64,000 bases of DNA from Eutreptiella sp. 'Long Island Sound 2002' (Eukaryota; Protista; Euglenida), in assembly GCA_964036045.1 (NCBI GenBank), contig OZ038378.1:156426001-156490000 (forward strand), written 5' to 3'. Positions within the stretch are counted from its first letter, which is position 1. Every line of letters starts with the position of its first letter. Position numbers and translations under genes: made by a program. Under the pieces are notes generated by a model. It worked only from the letters and a program-made list of their open reading frames with translations, ran no database searches and was not told where the DNA came from. This document shows, piece after piece, positions 34,601 to 45,600 of the stretch.

Positions 34601-35295
34601 GGGTCGTCAAGCTTGTCCTGCAACGCCTCCAAATTCTTGAACACATCCATCATATACTTATTCACGACTTTGTCCCCCTCTGCCTTCCGTTTACTTTGCA
34701 TCACCTCGCTCCTCATCTTGCACACTTGCATGTACAAACTGCCCTTGACGTACGTGAGCACGCGGTCCCTGCGCTGCAGCTTCCCCTGCAATTGCATGTG
34801 CAACATCTGCTGATCGTCCAACCGCTTGCGGGCATCCAAATTCGTGTGCTTCAGGAGCGCAATTTGGTTCTGCAGCACCACAACCTGATCGTTCGAGTCC
34901 TCCAGGGAATTGACCATATACTGCTCTCTCTCGTCTTCTGGCACGTAAGGTACCGCGTTCACAGCATCTTGCAGCAGTCCTTCGACATCTTGGAGCAGTT
35001 GCATGGGCTTGGAGACCGTGGAAGGCCCGGACTCTCCAACAGCATTGCTGCTACTACTACCACCATCGTAGTATTTGTTATATTGGTTGCGATTCGTTGT
35101 CGACGGCCCCGCACTTTCATGGGGTATTTGATCAAACTCCGATCGTATGTTATTGGCGACGCTTGCAAGAACGGCATCTTTCACCGCGGACAACTTGTTG
35201 CGAATATTCAAGCCGGGGTATTGGCGTATGTCCAAGTCAGGCGGTCGCCCTTCCGGCTCAACACCCAACAAACCCCCGGTCATGTCTACATCCAT
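28606..35295 (-). CDS. 2229-aa intronless protein: long N-terminal coiled coil, then Gly/Pro/Met-rich repeats and a disordered C-terminus; function unknown
   Basis: 6.7-kb open frame with ATG start; E/K/Q/L-rich helical region in roughly the first 650 aa; all internal repeats preserve the frame. Confidence 0.9.
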   Translation of the reverse strand: MDVDMTGGLLGVEPEGRPPDLDIRQYPGLNIRNKLSAVKDAVLASVANNIRSEFDQIPHESAGPSTTNRNQYNKYYDGGSSSSNAVGESGPSTVSKPMQLLQDVEGLLQDAVNAVPYVPEDEREQYMVNSLEDSNDQVVVLQNQIALLKHTNLDARKRLDDQQMLHMQLQGKLQRRDRVLTYVKGSLYMQVCKMRSEVMQSKRKAEGDKVVNKYMMDVFKNLEALQDKLDDPMDELLELSAQEDLKMNQMARGAITQLSILKDSFPGDTSRILKIMEETQVLSEDMAARLREVEEKLKQAASEDKEALVQLYEREKEHLHSQVAELTAEYERKMLAAKSNLKNQIEKEVTIMKSNIQDLRLEIEESEQTLQTKPEEIKKEAKFKQKVAVTKYQQEMKAIKDNFNVEHLEGVERLQEEVDLHDSRLQKAIAQAKAMQAQFDENVARTLTLEDERQNLQLQLDKWVNYKVGIAEDLKTAATELSEEEEANRLAISGIRECYRKLEELNVQLPNIEEIDKVESIVGFGKDLAQERKRVLQEQQNKAGRELKDLLHKHNSKDKFISRLEGQIQQLEQQQQGFAILQDSYSHQIKDAYDLLKSLAIMGLKDDMTDGVKNALEEFSAETNHRLEVAASTQQRREQKDRERDAQRKRELEDPSAPAAMNSAGGSGGSLDAMDSPSGPRVVQDFHLVLDNDLAVFLNTLLDDSKTPQERVMGLWKQLEAKTEDKYLSAQDLPARPALLDDSPVTDETFKDPGPEPQPDSPQIPSALDPENPGSNALEPSSPASPLSPMSGASAGTFATTASDSTSSPLHASERTVSSPDVKIPTAGADSELSASSDASSVAPPSLSSLPSTRSSGTEGSSSSFTDSSDPSKMATRQSDMSQISGFTKEEQEMRQEQAKEQAQEQARQAEAHQQQAAQETYGWNPEVGYGPAGPMGYMGPEAAFGGHPFGPFGVPEAGGMFPPGAYGAYGQQYPYQDWAQYGYMGQYPGAEGWQGQYPGAEGWQGQYPGAEGWQGQYPGAEGWQGQYPGAAGWQGQYPGAEGWHGQYPGAEYWQGWQGQYPGVGGLQGEAGPHEGYSFPFGDQAAQPQIGVEGVEGEEPKDREPGTQPFQGGSMDPSQMGSMLSLHPSQTGSMDPSQRGTSPFLGVAQSQSNFFGSNPLDNTSFNNNSFNNNSFNSQAMVHPGTFEGNGPQDKARTPSPDATGAGPASPMTTGVMGMGPGGPMGIGPGSPMAMGPGSPMGMGPVSAGMMTNRSGVMAPGMQGMMTNRSGVPGPGMPGMMTNRSGAWGSMGMMKPGSTASMAPGMSARYPPSMGGAPGMSARWHPGMGPPGMAPPGMSARYPPSMGGAPGMSARWHPGMGPPGMAPPGMSARYPPSMGGAPGMSARWHPGMGPPGMAPPGMSARYPPSMGGAPGMSARWHPGMGPPGMAPPGMSARYPPSIGGAPGMSARYPPGMVPPSARFGPGMVPPSARFGPGMMPVSARFGTDPLMSSRYGPGGPGSEAAGSAPGFQAPSVQGSFIGKPEDTQVDSEAEKTTEAKAAAEDPPRPPPTPAKDLYNPSSTYKLYQPRQDDEPAEEHQPVPILSSFRPSVPFSSSRKSAARRTIDLTNATATAFYRPPKSYVDTSAPASMAGRPSTAPQRLSPSAKTGKTAKTDTTTRLRPWSPSPSPSPVPTAAPDPKPKDTKGSPSPSESGFAKAPTPLSSARPHGGLPHGPSPVASARAGPGSPKSSPKPGAASPADVASVASAKSGATPSGILANGSDGSGLGVAATAEDVDPDSWFPALSWTIEEGWATQLGLTTGAKGGGPIAMMQNELVEDLRAVCDELRALTGVRERFMNESNFKEATTVAVIMSRIERVLNQALYPNEARPVTPSKPETPPAPEADVPKEASDGETSADDKLEQAPMQQSIVPELPPEVARLLQRIRLMHHTAQSWAEAREHWAGLEKEVREMPVFERLEARTYLLVEKLSFRRELVMRQTLDSNLDFIAHVDHPKSKAILVPTAAALNDTSMSQSASQIKSDSRGASPTRLHSSSLGSSVTLFGPYDRATSTPLKRSRPARQRSPSPKGRSKLRPTSALPRLGSSLADSAQKTSDSLFVSLPRAQVTKLAGTHVLDSTALAADLLDDVEMDMLRTVNATGRAPARQQPPANPIVKALGLSTGMVPLLDTPKPSKKAVGHHRKKGVRATDAVAAARSSAAPYTPSKVLSSGSLVKRPVSAPRFTASPKI
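30860..31390 (-). repeat. Coding tandem repeats: 96 bp x ~4.5 (MSARYPPSMGGAPGMSARWHPGMGPPGMAPPG) and 33 bp x ~2.5
   Basis: Direct reading of DNA and protein. Confidence 0.9.
32120..32345 (-). repeat. Coding 30-bp repeat x ~7 (GQYPGAEGWQ)
   Basis: Direct reading. Confidence 0.9.
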
Positions 35296-37499
35296 ACTGT
35301 CGTCCGGATCTCGCCAAAATCACGCTAGGACTCAGGGACCCGTCGTACAATTTTCATGGCCGCAAGGCACATGAATTCCAAATGCGGCGTGCGAGGCCCC
35401 GATGTTCGACAAGAATGGCGGCGTACAAAAAAAAATAGACACTCAGAAAGCATGGCACGATAAAACACAGCACAACCAACACAAACACAACAAACAACAA
35501 CACAATCAAACACGATACAAGAAAGCATGACACTAGAGGGAGAGAAGCAAAAAAAAGCATTGCCCAGCCATCACTTGGTCAGATCAAACTGCCTGAGTTT
35601 GCTTCGCTACTACCCACGGTTGCCCGAAAGGCCTTGTGCCGTTCCGGAAGAGTGTGCCCACTTTTCCAATTCAGCAGATCATTGGCAACTTCTATGACAA
35701 CAGTGGAAGGATTTCTTTTGTGCCTTGGGGGTGGCCCTAGGCTCTCCATGGGTGTGGCAGTGTGCCCTGACGTCCTCTGCACCGCTGCGTGTCCTTGGGC
35801 TGAGTCCTTCCTGTGGTACCACACCACTGTACAGGCTTGAGCTGAGCCCTGACACAGACTGCGGCACCCACGTCTTTCATCTGCCATCTGTTGCCAGATC
35901 CAATTCCCCAATAATCCTGTTGCCATGACACTTTCATCCGATTTGTGAGTGAAACAAAATGGAATTGCATGCTTTTCTGACCAAGCTCGCTTTGCATTGC
36001 GACGCCGCCCCGATCTGGTTCCACAGTCCCAGGAATTTCTGTTCTAAGATCCTGCCGTAGTCTCATGTGTATTGGTTCTGATGCAACCATGCGTTGGCCA
36101 AGTTCTTGCACTGCGTGCATACTGCGGACACAGAGGGTGGGATACTCACCCAAGTAACACGGTTGGTGGTGACCGTATTATTTCCTCGGAATCCATTTCA
36201 GAAAAATGAACAATCCAAGAATATTTGATAATTCATGGAAGCACTTTTCCTTTATAGGAAACCAAGGGCACAGGATCAATGTTTTACCACCAAAAGGTAG
36301 CTAGGGTGCGAGTATTTGCTGACGTCCAAAACTTCGCACTGCGTGCGCACTGCATGCACGGCATTCCCCATGTGTATTGGTTCTGACGCAACCATGCGTT
36401 CTTGGGGATGGTTTTCTGGCCCCGGAAAGGGATATCCAGTCTCACTTTGTGGTGGATAAAAGTTGGGCCAAGAAGCAGCTTGGTCATTAATTGATGGTGG
36501 CCGCCACCCTCCAGAATCAATCGGTACACTGCACTTTCCTTCGCGCATCAACAGGGTGGAGCTGCGACACAAAGTAGTTATCAAGGCGCTGTTAGGTGTT
36601 GCTTGGCCATAGATCAACGATGGTTGTCACTCTCTTGTCGCATTCTGGAGTTTGCTCTTGGCGATCAACTTTTGCCTCCTTCAGTTCTTCCCACTTCGCC
36701 TTGAGGATGTTGAGGCGCTCCCTGGGGGCACTTTGGGGCGGTTGACCCTTTCTGGACCTGGAAATGTCCCAAATGGCCCTGAGAAAGGCCTGTTTCAGGA
36801 CCCCACTTGGTCAGTATGATAAGAAATGGGTTCATTGATGAAAAAAAAAGGAGGTGGAACCATTGGCCATTGCAGATCCAAAGCACCAGGCGTGCATGGG
36901 ACTACTGTGAAATTTCGGGTGCCATTGGACCATGGGAATTGAGATATCTGGCAGAATGCAAACAGAGGCTTCTTTGCCCCACAGTTTCATACTCCCCGGG
37001 TGTAGTTGAAAGCAAGAAAGATTCCACTACACAGTGGCCGTGGGCCAACATGAAGATACTTAGATGAGGCATCGCTAAAAATGTGACCCGAATGAGGGAG
37101 GGAGAGCAACGACGGAGGATCAATGCCTCTCCATGAGTAGATGATGCTGCAATTTGTGAAGTATACGGCTATGCTTGCCGTTTGTCTCGCAAACCACCAC
37201 AGCACTTGTGATTAGCCCTGGACCCTGCCCTTTGCTCTCACCCTCGGCTACAGCAAAAATACATCAGCACCCAGGCTCAAAAAGGGACCTTTGAATATGG
37301 TAATTTCCTCACTGTCCTGATGGAAATGCGTGCAACGGCTGCTAATGACGTCTTTGCTGAAATCCTCATCGTCGTACATTTTCCATCCCCGTCTTGCCGG
37401 TCGTGAGAGCCTGTCCTTGTCGGACTCTAATTTCCCAGACCCACCCCTTTGTCACCAGGTTCCATCACTTCCAAACCCAGACTGTCCAACCCCTGTACC

Positions 37500-38000
37500 C
37501 GTTGCATTACCCGTTACGCCAAGTCGTTGTTTGGATGGTGTTTACGACCCTTGAACGCCATCTGATCCGCCCCGTCAGGGCCCACTACTTTCAGATGCGA
37601 CAGTAACAACAGCGTCTGTATCACACAACCCCCTCCACCTGCATGGACGCCTGCGCCTCATTCAAGAGTAATCAGCTGGGCTCCAACTGCTGCCCCCCAA
37701 ACTGTTCAAGCCCAAATGCTCTCCGAACCGCGTCAAACATGGACGGTGAGAACCAGCAGCTTTTAAATACATGGGCATGGTCCTCCACCGACCCATCCAA
37801 AAGGGCATGACCCCACCCCCACCATTCATTCCTGCCTGACTCCCACCGGTAGTTTCCTCCGCAACATCTTGTGGATGAAGGGCATATCCGAGCGAGGTAA
37901 GTACAAATTGCAAAAATGACGCCACAAATCTGGCGGCTGTCACGCTTCGGTGCGCGACCCTTGGACGGGGGGGCCGGTTGTCCGCATGGTGGCATGCCAA
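37500..38000 (-). pseudogene. Non-LTR retrotransposon C-terminal zinc-knuckle relic
   Basis: LDGSVEDHAHVFKSCWFS fits the C..C...E...H.F..C pattern, with the first Cys residues decayed. Confidence 0.55.
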
Positions 38001-38453
38001 TGGTGCGGCTTCAATGCTGTTCGTTCCGACTGTGGTGATTACTTGTGCCATGGGAGCTGCTGGTCGAAACTGACACACCTGCTATCTTTCCTATCTGTTG
38101 TTGTTAATCTTGGGCCTTTGGAAAATTCGATTTCCCACCAGCCTTGTAATCTGAAACATGGGATTTGAAGAGGTTGTCGCAGATATGACTTCCAGGCGTG
38201 TGTTGTCATCCAATTGGACGTAACAATCAAGAAAGGGATCGGGGATAGGGAATGGGAGATGGGATACAGCAGGGTGAGAGGGATGGGAGTGGGGGTTGGT
38301 GGATGGGCAAGGGGCAAGGGGCACAGAATCATGAACCTTGAGCAGTGCAATCAGCAGCCCTCCCCATCCCGTGCAGCCTCTAAGCAATATAAGCAAAGGC
38401 TGTAGACCGACTGCCCGGCTGACACGAAATGAGCACATCGGCACCGTCTGCGG

Positions 38454-38600
38454 TTTGGCTGTTTTCCCTAGCTACGCTTCCCTCCTGACACGGCACAGTA
38501 AAAGACAACTTCCATCTGACGGGCGGGAACTGCACACTGTGAAGAGAAGGTCAGTGGAGCCAAACTAGGGTTTCTGGGGAAACCTGGGTTTTGGCTGTTT
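38454..38600. repeat. ~150-bp interspersed repeat (also 39104-39250 and 49201-49352)
   Basis: GGTTTGGCTG...GGCACAGTAAAAG...CCATCTGACGGGCGGGA...CCAAACT.GGGTTTC.GGGGAAA in all three copies. Confidence 0.85.
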
Positions 38601-39667
38601 TCGTGCAAAAGGGTTCGGGGGTTGCGGGGCAAATGGTGTTGTGCCGATTAGTCGAGCACTGTAACACTCAGGTCAGGGTTGAGGGCGGGCGGCCACCTGG
38701 GCGAGGAAGGCAAACAGCATTCCACTTGCAGTATTTACACCATGGACAGCGGCATCCTCCACAGCCAGGAGGATGCTGGACGCAGTGCAGGGGAGGGGCC
38801 TGCGAATAAATAATTAAATAAGTAATAAACACTGGCGCCTCACTCCCATAAAAACCGGCCCTTCAGTCGCGTAAAAAATGGCACCTCATTCCCATAATAC
38901 TGGCGCCTCACCCACATAAAAACTGGCGCCTCACTGCACATTCTGCGCCCGTAGATTAGATTTGGAAGCGTCCAATTTCCCACTGCGATGCACTCAACCG
39001 TGTCTTCAAACTTTCACAGCCCCAAAACCTGCGGTCCGAACAACAACCTTTCGTAACCCCCATTGTGCGCCACTGCAGTAGGCTTGGTGATTCGAAAGCC
39101 CCCGGTTTGGCTGGTTCCCTGGACCTCGCTGTCCTCATGACACGGGCACAGTAAAAGTCGAAAAACCATCTGACGGGCGGGAGTGCGCGGCACACTGTGG
39201 ATAAGAGAGGCAGTGCCGCCAAACTGGGGTTTCCGGGGAAACCTGGGTCCCGTGTTACAACTTTTGGAGAGAACCTCAAAAATTCGCAATCCGGGAACGA
39301 CTGCATGTGTCGGCGCTGGCATGGGAGTGGACGCCACAGGGAACGCAGGCTGCCCACGCGAGCAGTGGGACAGGCAGTCCATTCTCACCCTCAAGAGTGC
39401 ATCCATCCTTCCCTCTGGATGTCCTCGAGCAACAAAAGCAGAGACAAAACACCGGCCGTAGCACACGGGACCCGACCTGACCCCAAAACAACCCCCCGCC
39501 CCTTGCGCGAGCACCGCCTTGGCTGAGCACGGCGATCCCGTCTAAAACAGCAGCGCTTCACGCAGACCCGCAAAAAGCATTTGTTTTGCCCAGCGACAAC
39601 AGGTGTGGGTGGCCCTTTAAGGACCCCTGCGGCTGAAGCAGAAGCGGCAAAAGGGGTCTTACTGTCT

Positions 39668-39763
39668 TCCCGTGTGTCATCGCTGTTCCCGTGTGTCATC
39701 GCTGTTCCCGTGTGTCATCGCTGTTCCTGTGTGTCATCGCTGTTCCCGTGTGTCATCGCTGTT
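39668..39763. repeat. 19-bp minisatellite x ~5 (TTCCCGTGTGTCATCGCTG)
   Basis: Direct reading. Confidence 0.9.
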
Positions 39764-39939
39764 GCATCACCAAAGACCGTTGCTGTCTTCCACAAGGCCT
39801 GGCAGCCAATGCTCTGCTTCAATGGTGCGCCCTTGGGCTTAGGCTACGAAAGGGCAGTCCACAGGATTTGGTGTAGCCACTGCCCCGAATCGTCCGCAGG
39901 GGGAGGGCCATGGGGTCACTGAAGCGGTGCAATGAGTTG

Positions 39940-40475
39940 GGGGTTAACTGACGGGCCGTGGGCCCAACGCCGATTGTTTTTGTTGCTTTTTGGGGGGCTT
40001 CAAGGGCTACATGTGGGTGAGGGGCCACGTAGGCGACCTCCCGTGCACACAATGCAGCGCAGCTGTGGCACGGTACTGACTGCTCCTTTCAAACCCTTTT
40101 CCGGCTGAAGCAGCCGCGGGGAAGGGCGCGGCCGCGAGCACACCGACGTGTGCCATGGGGTCCATTGTCCCCTGACGCCAGAAGCCTCCGACGACATGCG
40201 GCATGAGTCATTCGCGTTGCTCTGACCGCGCGCCGGAGGTTTCCTGGCGACAGAAGCGGTGCGATAAATTGGGGGTGCAACTTACGGGCCCGTAGGTCGA
40301 ATGCCGATTGTTTCTGTTGCTTTTGGGGGGGGGCTTGAAGGGCTGCATGTGGGGAACTCAGTGAGGGGCCACGTCGGCGACCTGCCGTGCACGCAACGCA
40401 GAAGAGCTGTGGCGCGATGCCAATTGCTCCTTTCAAAACCTTTTCCGGCCGCAGGAGCCCCGGGGAAACGGGCGG
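39940..40475. repeat. Diverged ~200-bp direct duplication (39940-40135 and 40270-40475)
   Basis: GCCGATTGTTT.TGTTGCTTTT...GAGGGGCCACGT.GGCGACCT.CCGTGCAC...TGCTCCTTTCAAA shared. Confidence 0.8.
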
Positions 40476-40999
40476 CGGTCAGAAGCAACGCCGTGCAGGC
40501 GCAATGCGCCTTTCCCAGAGCCCAAGCCCCTGCCTCACGCGGGGGAGGCCAGCACTGTACGTCCCCCTTTGTGCCAGGCCGTGCCCCTGTGGGCGCACCG
40601 CTGCTGCTTCTGCGCGGCTCAGGGCAGTGCTTCCTGCACCAGTGCCCCTCCCGCCCGCCTCTGAAGGGGACGCCTGGGCGAGGGAGGTAGTGGCGTGGAT
40701 ATGGTGCGGGAGGGGGAGGCGGGGGCTGAGGACGCCCGAAGGGAGGATCGTGGCGGTCTTACCTTGCGCCGTGGTGCGCTCGTGGCAGTCCATCGATTCA
40801 GCTGCCCATTGCACCGCCGTGGGCTATCATCGGTGGTCCTGGCAGGTCAAGTGGCCAATAATGTCCGCCGCGGATCGTTTTTCTCCCCAGGGCCTCCGGT
40901 GACACCCTCTCCCGGACACCCCCCTTTTGTTTGTGGCGGGCAGGTTCTGCGTCTCCACCCTCCTCCCTGCACAGCCAATTCAACTGCAGTTACTGGCAA

Positions 41000-41400
41000 T
41001 CTGGCAATCAGAAACTGTCTCCGGTCAGTCCATGTACAGCTCTACCCATGCGGTCAGCGGCGGGAAGGTAACCAGGACCTCTCGCTGCTGCGCATTCCAT
41101 TGTCCGTGCGCTGCAGCCACGGATTTGCTTGGGAGGGGCACCGGGTCCACCGGAGGGCGAATTCGAGGGCGCCACAAACGTTGCACCTCAAACAAAAGAG
41201 TGTGTCGGTGGTGGGGGGTACAGATCCCACTGCACAGCCCAGGCACAGAGCAGTACTGGTCCGTCCGCAGGTCATCGTGCCGTTCGGTGAGCGCCAGTAG
41301 AATGGCCCAGAGGTCAGAATGGAATACGGTCACCGGTCAGCTCACGGCGAACCCGGGGTCCGGGGGGGTTGGCCAGGTCGTTGCGGGTGGTGCGGAGGAG
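41000..41400 (-). pseudogene. Possible non-LTR RNase H relic
   Basis: TVFHSDLWAILLAL...LRTD resembles the tv.rAEL.Ai..aL...i.TD motif. Confidence 0.35.
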
Positions 41401-41531
41401 GGTCAGTTTTCGGGTTCTCGGTGCTCGGGCCGCGTGTGGAGGACGGTTATCAGGTGTTCCGGGATTTTGGGCAACCCCCCCACTCAGGAGCAAACCCTCC
41501 GGCGGTTAGCCTCCTCCACTCCTGGGGAAGC

Positions 41532-41926
41532 CGGGTTTTCGTTTCCGGGGGGGGGGGGGTCGATAGAGCCCTCCGGCCGGACCCCACCCTCCCCCAAAAA
41601 GGGCTCAATTGACAGGACCTCCAAAATCTTACCGAGTCTGACCCCCAGGCCTTGGAGGTGACCCAGACCCAAAAATCGGGGAAAAAGAAAATGGGATTTT
41701 TGGAATCAGCGCATCAAGGGGGTTCAGAAAAGTCATCATTTGCCATATATTTGGTGGAAAAAATCGACCAATTTTAGAGCTCAAGAAATTTTTCGGCGCC
41801 TTTGGCGCCAGACTTCAATAATGACTGATTAATGGTGCCTGTCAATTGAGCCCTTTTCCCGCACCCCCCCCCCCCCAGTTTTTGGGGGCTCTATTGACCC
41901 CCCCCTCCCCCAGAAGTGAAAACCCG
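41532..41926. mobile_element. MITE-like element, ~395 bp, with long imperfect TIRs
   Basis: CGGGTTTTC..TTC.GGGn.TC.ATAGAGCCC and AAAAGGGCTCAATTGACAGG are mirrored at both ends; no ORF; no TSD found. Confidence 0.75.
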
Positions 41927-42681
41927 ACATGCCCTGCGGTTAGCCAGCGGGGTCAACATGTGCCCACTGATGCACTCATGCACACTGCAGCCGTGACCAA
42001 CTTTGTTGCACACGGAGACTTGTGCAAAACCCTGACGCAAACTACCGTGAGACACATGTGATCAAAGACCCGGTTGAGCCAATTGGGCTGACCTTAGGCT
42101 TGGCAGACGCAGAAGCATGAAGGAAGGCAGCTATAATGTCAGCACTCAATGGACATTGGGAATCGTTTATAGGGGAACACACGAAGTGCCTGGGTCACAC
42201 GGGGCCCTGGGGTGTGAATGTGGCTGTCACACTCATCATCAATACAGCGCCGTGGGGCCCGGCCCAGCCCAAGTGTGGCCCGGTTCGAAATAAAAGACCA
42301 AAAGGGGGAAAGGAAGGGTTGAACGGACGGCCACTGCAGTCCGTCTCCCTTTGCACAGAACCTGCTGCGTCTGGGCCTGCTGCTCCTGCCACCGCGCGTT
42401 GGTATGCCACAGACGTAGTCCCCGATGGTTTCGGTGGTTGTCAGGGCCCTGAAAGTCAGCCTTGGGCAAAATGATCCCTGAATCGGTTCGTTCTGCTGAT
42501 CCTGGCTAATACATGGAAGCTCAGAGCTGTGGCCCGTTGTTCAGGGTCACTGGCAGTTGGCCGATATCAAGACCTGCGCCCGTACAGGGCAGCGTGCAAG
42601 GGTGATTCAGGCCGTTTTCTGTGATGGCAAAGATGGTTCTATCATGAATGCTCCACAGTGTGAGTCTCTGACCTACCAGCT

Positions 42682-45600
42682 CTACTCCAGTTGAACGCTC
42701 ATGAGGCCTTCCACTCCCAACTCGAAGCCTCGCACCACGGCACACCGAATGCGGGACTGCATATACTCCAAAGCCTTCCGTTGGTCCTCAGGCAGCGACT
42801 GGAGGACTGCATCGCTCAGCTGCAGCAGCTGCTGCATCTGAGGGGCATTCATGTCACACAATTGGCTGACAACATCGGCCCCCACAATGGCACGTACACT
42901 GGACAAGAAGTCCTGCACCCTTTGCTGTTGTGCCTGAGGCAAAGTCTGGTACTGCTCGGGAGTTGATGTTAACAAACTTTGCAATTTCTTCGGGCAGATG
43001 AATAGACGTTGCCCCTGCAAAACTGCATCTCTGAGGTCATTGGAATGTGTGGCACCCTCATTGCCGAGTGCTTCTCCATCCGCATCATTGCTTGCTGTAC
43101 CGGGACTTGCAGCATTGAGAGAGGGTGCCGAAGCATCAGCACTCGCAGAGGGATCGGCATCCAGAAGAACTGCAGTTGCGGCACCAGCACCGGCAGACGG
43201 CATAGCAGCGGAGGTTGCAGGACCTTCGTCGGGCGCCGGCGTAGCACCACCGGCAAACCCTTCCGGAGGGCTACCCTCCTCAGGTAAAGCGGCAGCAGCG
43301 CGCAAGGGAGCAGAGGCCGCGGAGGCCGTCGCAGGTGATCCGGGAGTAGCGTCACCCTTTGCAGGAGAGGCTGCAGCAGCACCCTTTTCAGGAGAGGCTG
43401 TAGTGGTGGCGGGCGGTGCAGCAGCACCCTTTGCAGGAGAGGCTGTAGTGGTGGCAGGCGGTGCAGCAGCACCCTTTGCAGGAGAGGCTGTAGTGGTGGC
43501 AGGCGGTGCAGCAGCACCCTTTGCAGGAGAGGCTGTAGTGGTGGCAGGCGGTGCAGCAGCACCCTTTGCAGGAGAGGCTGCAGTGGTGGCGGGCGGTGCA
43601 GCAGCACCCTTTGCAGGAGAGGCTGCAGTGGTGGCAGGCGGTGCAGCAGCACCCTTTGCAGGAGAGGCTGCAGTGGTGGCAGGCGGTGCAGCAGCACCCT
43701 TTGCAGGAGAGGCTGCAGTGGTGGCAGGCGGTGCAGCAGCACCCTTTGCAGGAGAGGCTGCAGTGGTGGCGGGCGGTGCAGCAGCACCCTTTGCAGGAGA
43801 GGCTGCAGTGGTGGCAGGCGGTGCAGCAGCACCCTTTGCAGGAGAGGCTGCAGTGGTGGCGGGCGGTGCAGCAGCACCCTTTGCAGGAGAGGCTGCAGTG
43901 GTGGCAGGCGGTGCAGCAGCACCCTTTGCAGGAGAGGCTGCAGTGGTGGCAGGCGGTGCAGCAGCACCCTTTGCAGGAGAGGCTGCAGTGGTGGCAGGCG
44001 GTGCAGCAGCACCCTTTGCAGGAGAGGCTGCAGTGGTGGCAGGCGGTGCAGCAGCACCCTTTGCAGGAGAGGCTGCAGTGGTGGCAGGCGGTGCAGCAGC
44101 ACCCTTTGCAGGAGAGGCTGTAGTGGTGGCAGGCGGTGCAGCAGCACCCTTTGCAGGAGAGGCTGTAGTGGTGGCAGGCGGTGCAGCAGCACCCTTTGCA
44201 GGAGAGGCTGCAGTGGTGGCAGGCGGTGCAGCAGCACCCTTTGCAGGAGAGGCTGTAGTGGTGGCAGGCGGTGCAGCAGCACCCTTTGCAGGAGAGGCTG
44301 CAGTGGTGGCAGGCGGTGCAGCAGCACACTTTTCAGGAGAGGCTGCAGTGGTGGCAGGCGGTGCAGCAGCACCCTTTGCAGGAGAGGCTGCAGTGGTGGC
44401 GGGCGGTGCAGCAGCACCCTTTTCAGGAGAGGCTGCAGTGGTGGCAGGCGGTGCAGCAGCACCCTTTGCAGGAGAGGCTGCAGTGGTGGCAGGCGGTGCA
44501 GCAGCACCCTTTGCAGGAGAGGCTGCAGTGGTGGCAGGCGGTGCAGCAGCACCCTTTGCAGGAGAGGCTGCAGTGGTGGCAGGCGGTGCAGCAGCACCCT
44601 TTGCAGGAGAGGCTGCAGTGGTGGCAGGCGGTGCAGCAGCACCCTTTGCAGGAGAGGCTGCAGTGGTGGCAGGCGGTGCAGCAGCACCCTTTGCAGGAGA
44701 GGCTGCAGTGGTGGCGGGCGGTGCAGCAGCACCCTTTGCAGGAGAGGCTGCAGTGGTGGCAGGCGGTGCAGCAGCACCCTTTGCAGGAGAGGCTGCAGTG
44801 GTGGCAGGCGGTGCAGCAGCACCCTTTGCAGGAGAGGCTGCAGTGGTGGCAGGCGGTGCAGCAGCACCCTTTGCAGGAGAGGCTGCAGTGGTGGCAGGCG
44901 GTGCAGCAGCACCCTTTGCAGGAGAGGCTGCAGTGGTGGCAGGCGGTGCAGCAGCACCCTTTGCAGGAGAGGCTGTAGTGGTGGCAGGCGGTGCAGCAGC
45001 ACCCTTTGCAGGAGAGGCTGTAGTGGTGGCAGGCGGTGCAGCAGCACCCTTTGCAGGAGAGGCTGCAGTGGTGGCAGGCGGTGCAGCAGCACCCTTTGCA
45101 GGAGAGGCTGCAGTGGTGGCAGGCGGTGCAGCAGCACCCTTTGCAGGAGAGGCTGCAGTGGTGGCAGGCGGTGCAGCAGCACCCTTTGCAGGAGAGGCTG
45201 CAGTGGTGGCAGGCGGTGCAGCAGCACCCTTTGCAGGAGAGGCTGCAGTGGTGGCAGGCGGTGCAGCAGCACCCTTTTCAGGAGAGGCTGCAGTGGTGGC
45301 AGGCGGTGCAGCAGCACCCTTTGCAGGAGAGGCTGCAGTGGTGGCGGGCGGTGCAGCAGCACCCTTTGCAGGAGAGGCTGCAGTGGTGGCAGGCGGTGCA
45401 GCAGCACCCTTTGCAGGAGAGGCTGCAGTGGTGGCGGGCGGTGCAGCAGCACCCTTTGCAGGAGAGGCTGCAGTGGTGGCAGGCGGTGCAGCAGCACCCT
45501 TTGCAGGAGAGGCTGCAGTGGTGGCAGGCGGTGCAGCAGCACCCTTTTCAGGAGAGGCTGCAGTGGTGGCAGGCGGTGCAGCAGCACCCTTTGCAGGAGA

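Noticed and set aside
28625-35328. Many plus-strand ORFs overlapping the 2229-aa gene
   Set aside because: Antisense shadows of a GC-rich, repetitive CDS.
36480-36720. Minus-strand peptide VQCTD*FWRVAAT resembling VCTDATPLWRVAAT of the RAG-like transposase
   Set aside because: Too short, with no flanking motifs; may be chance.
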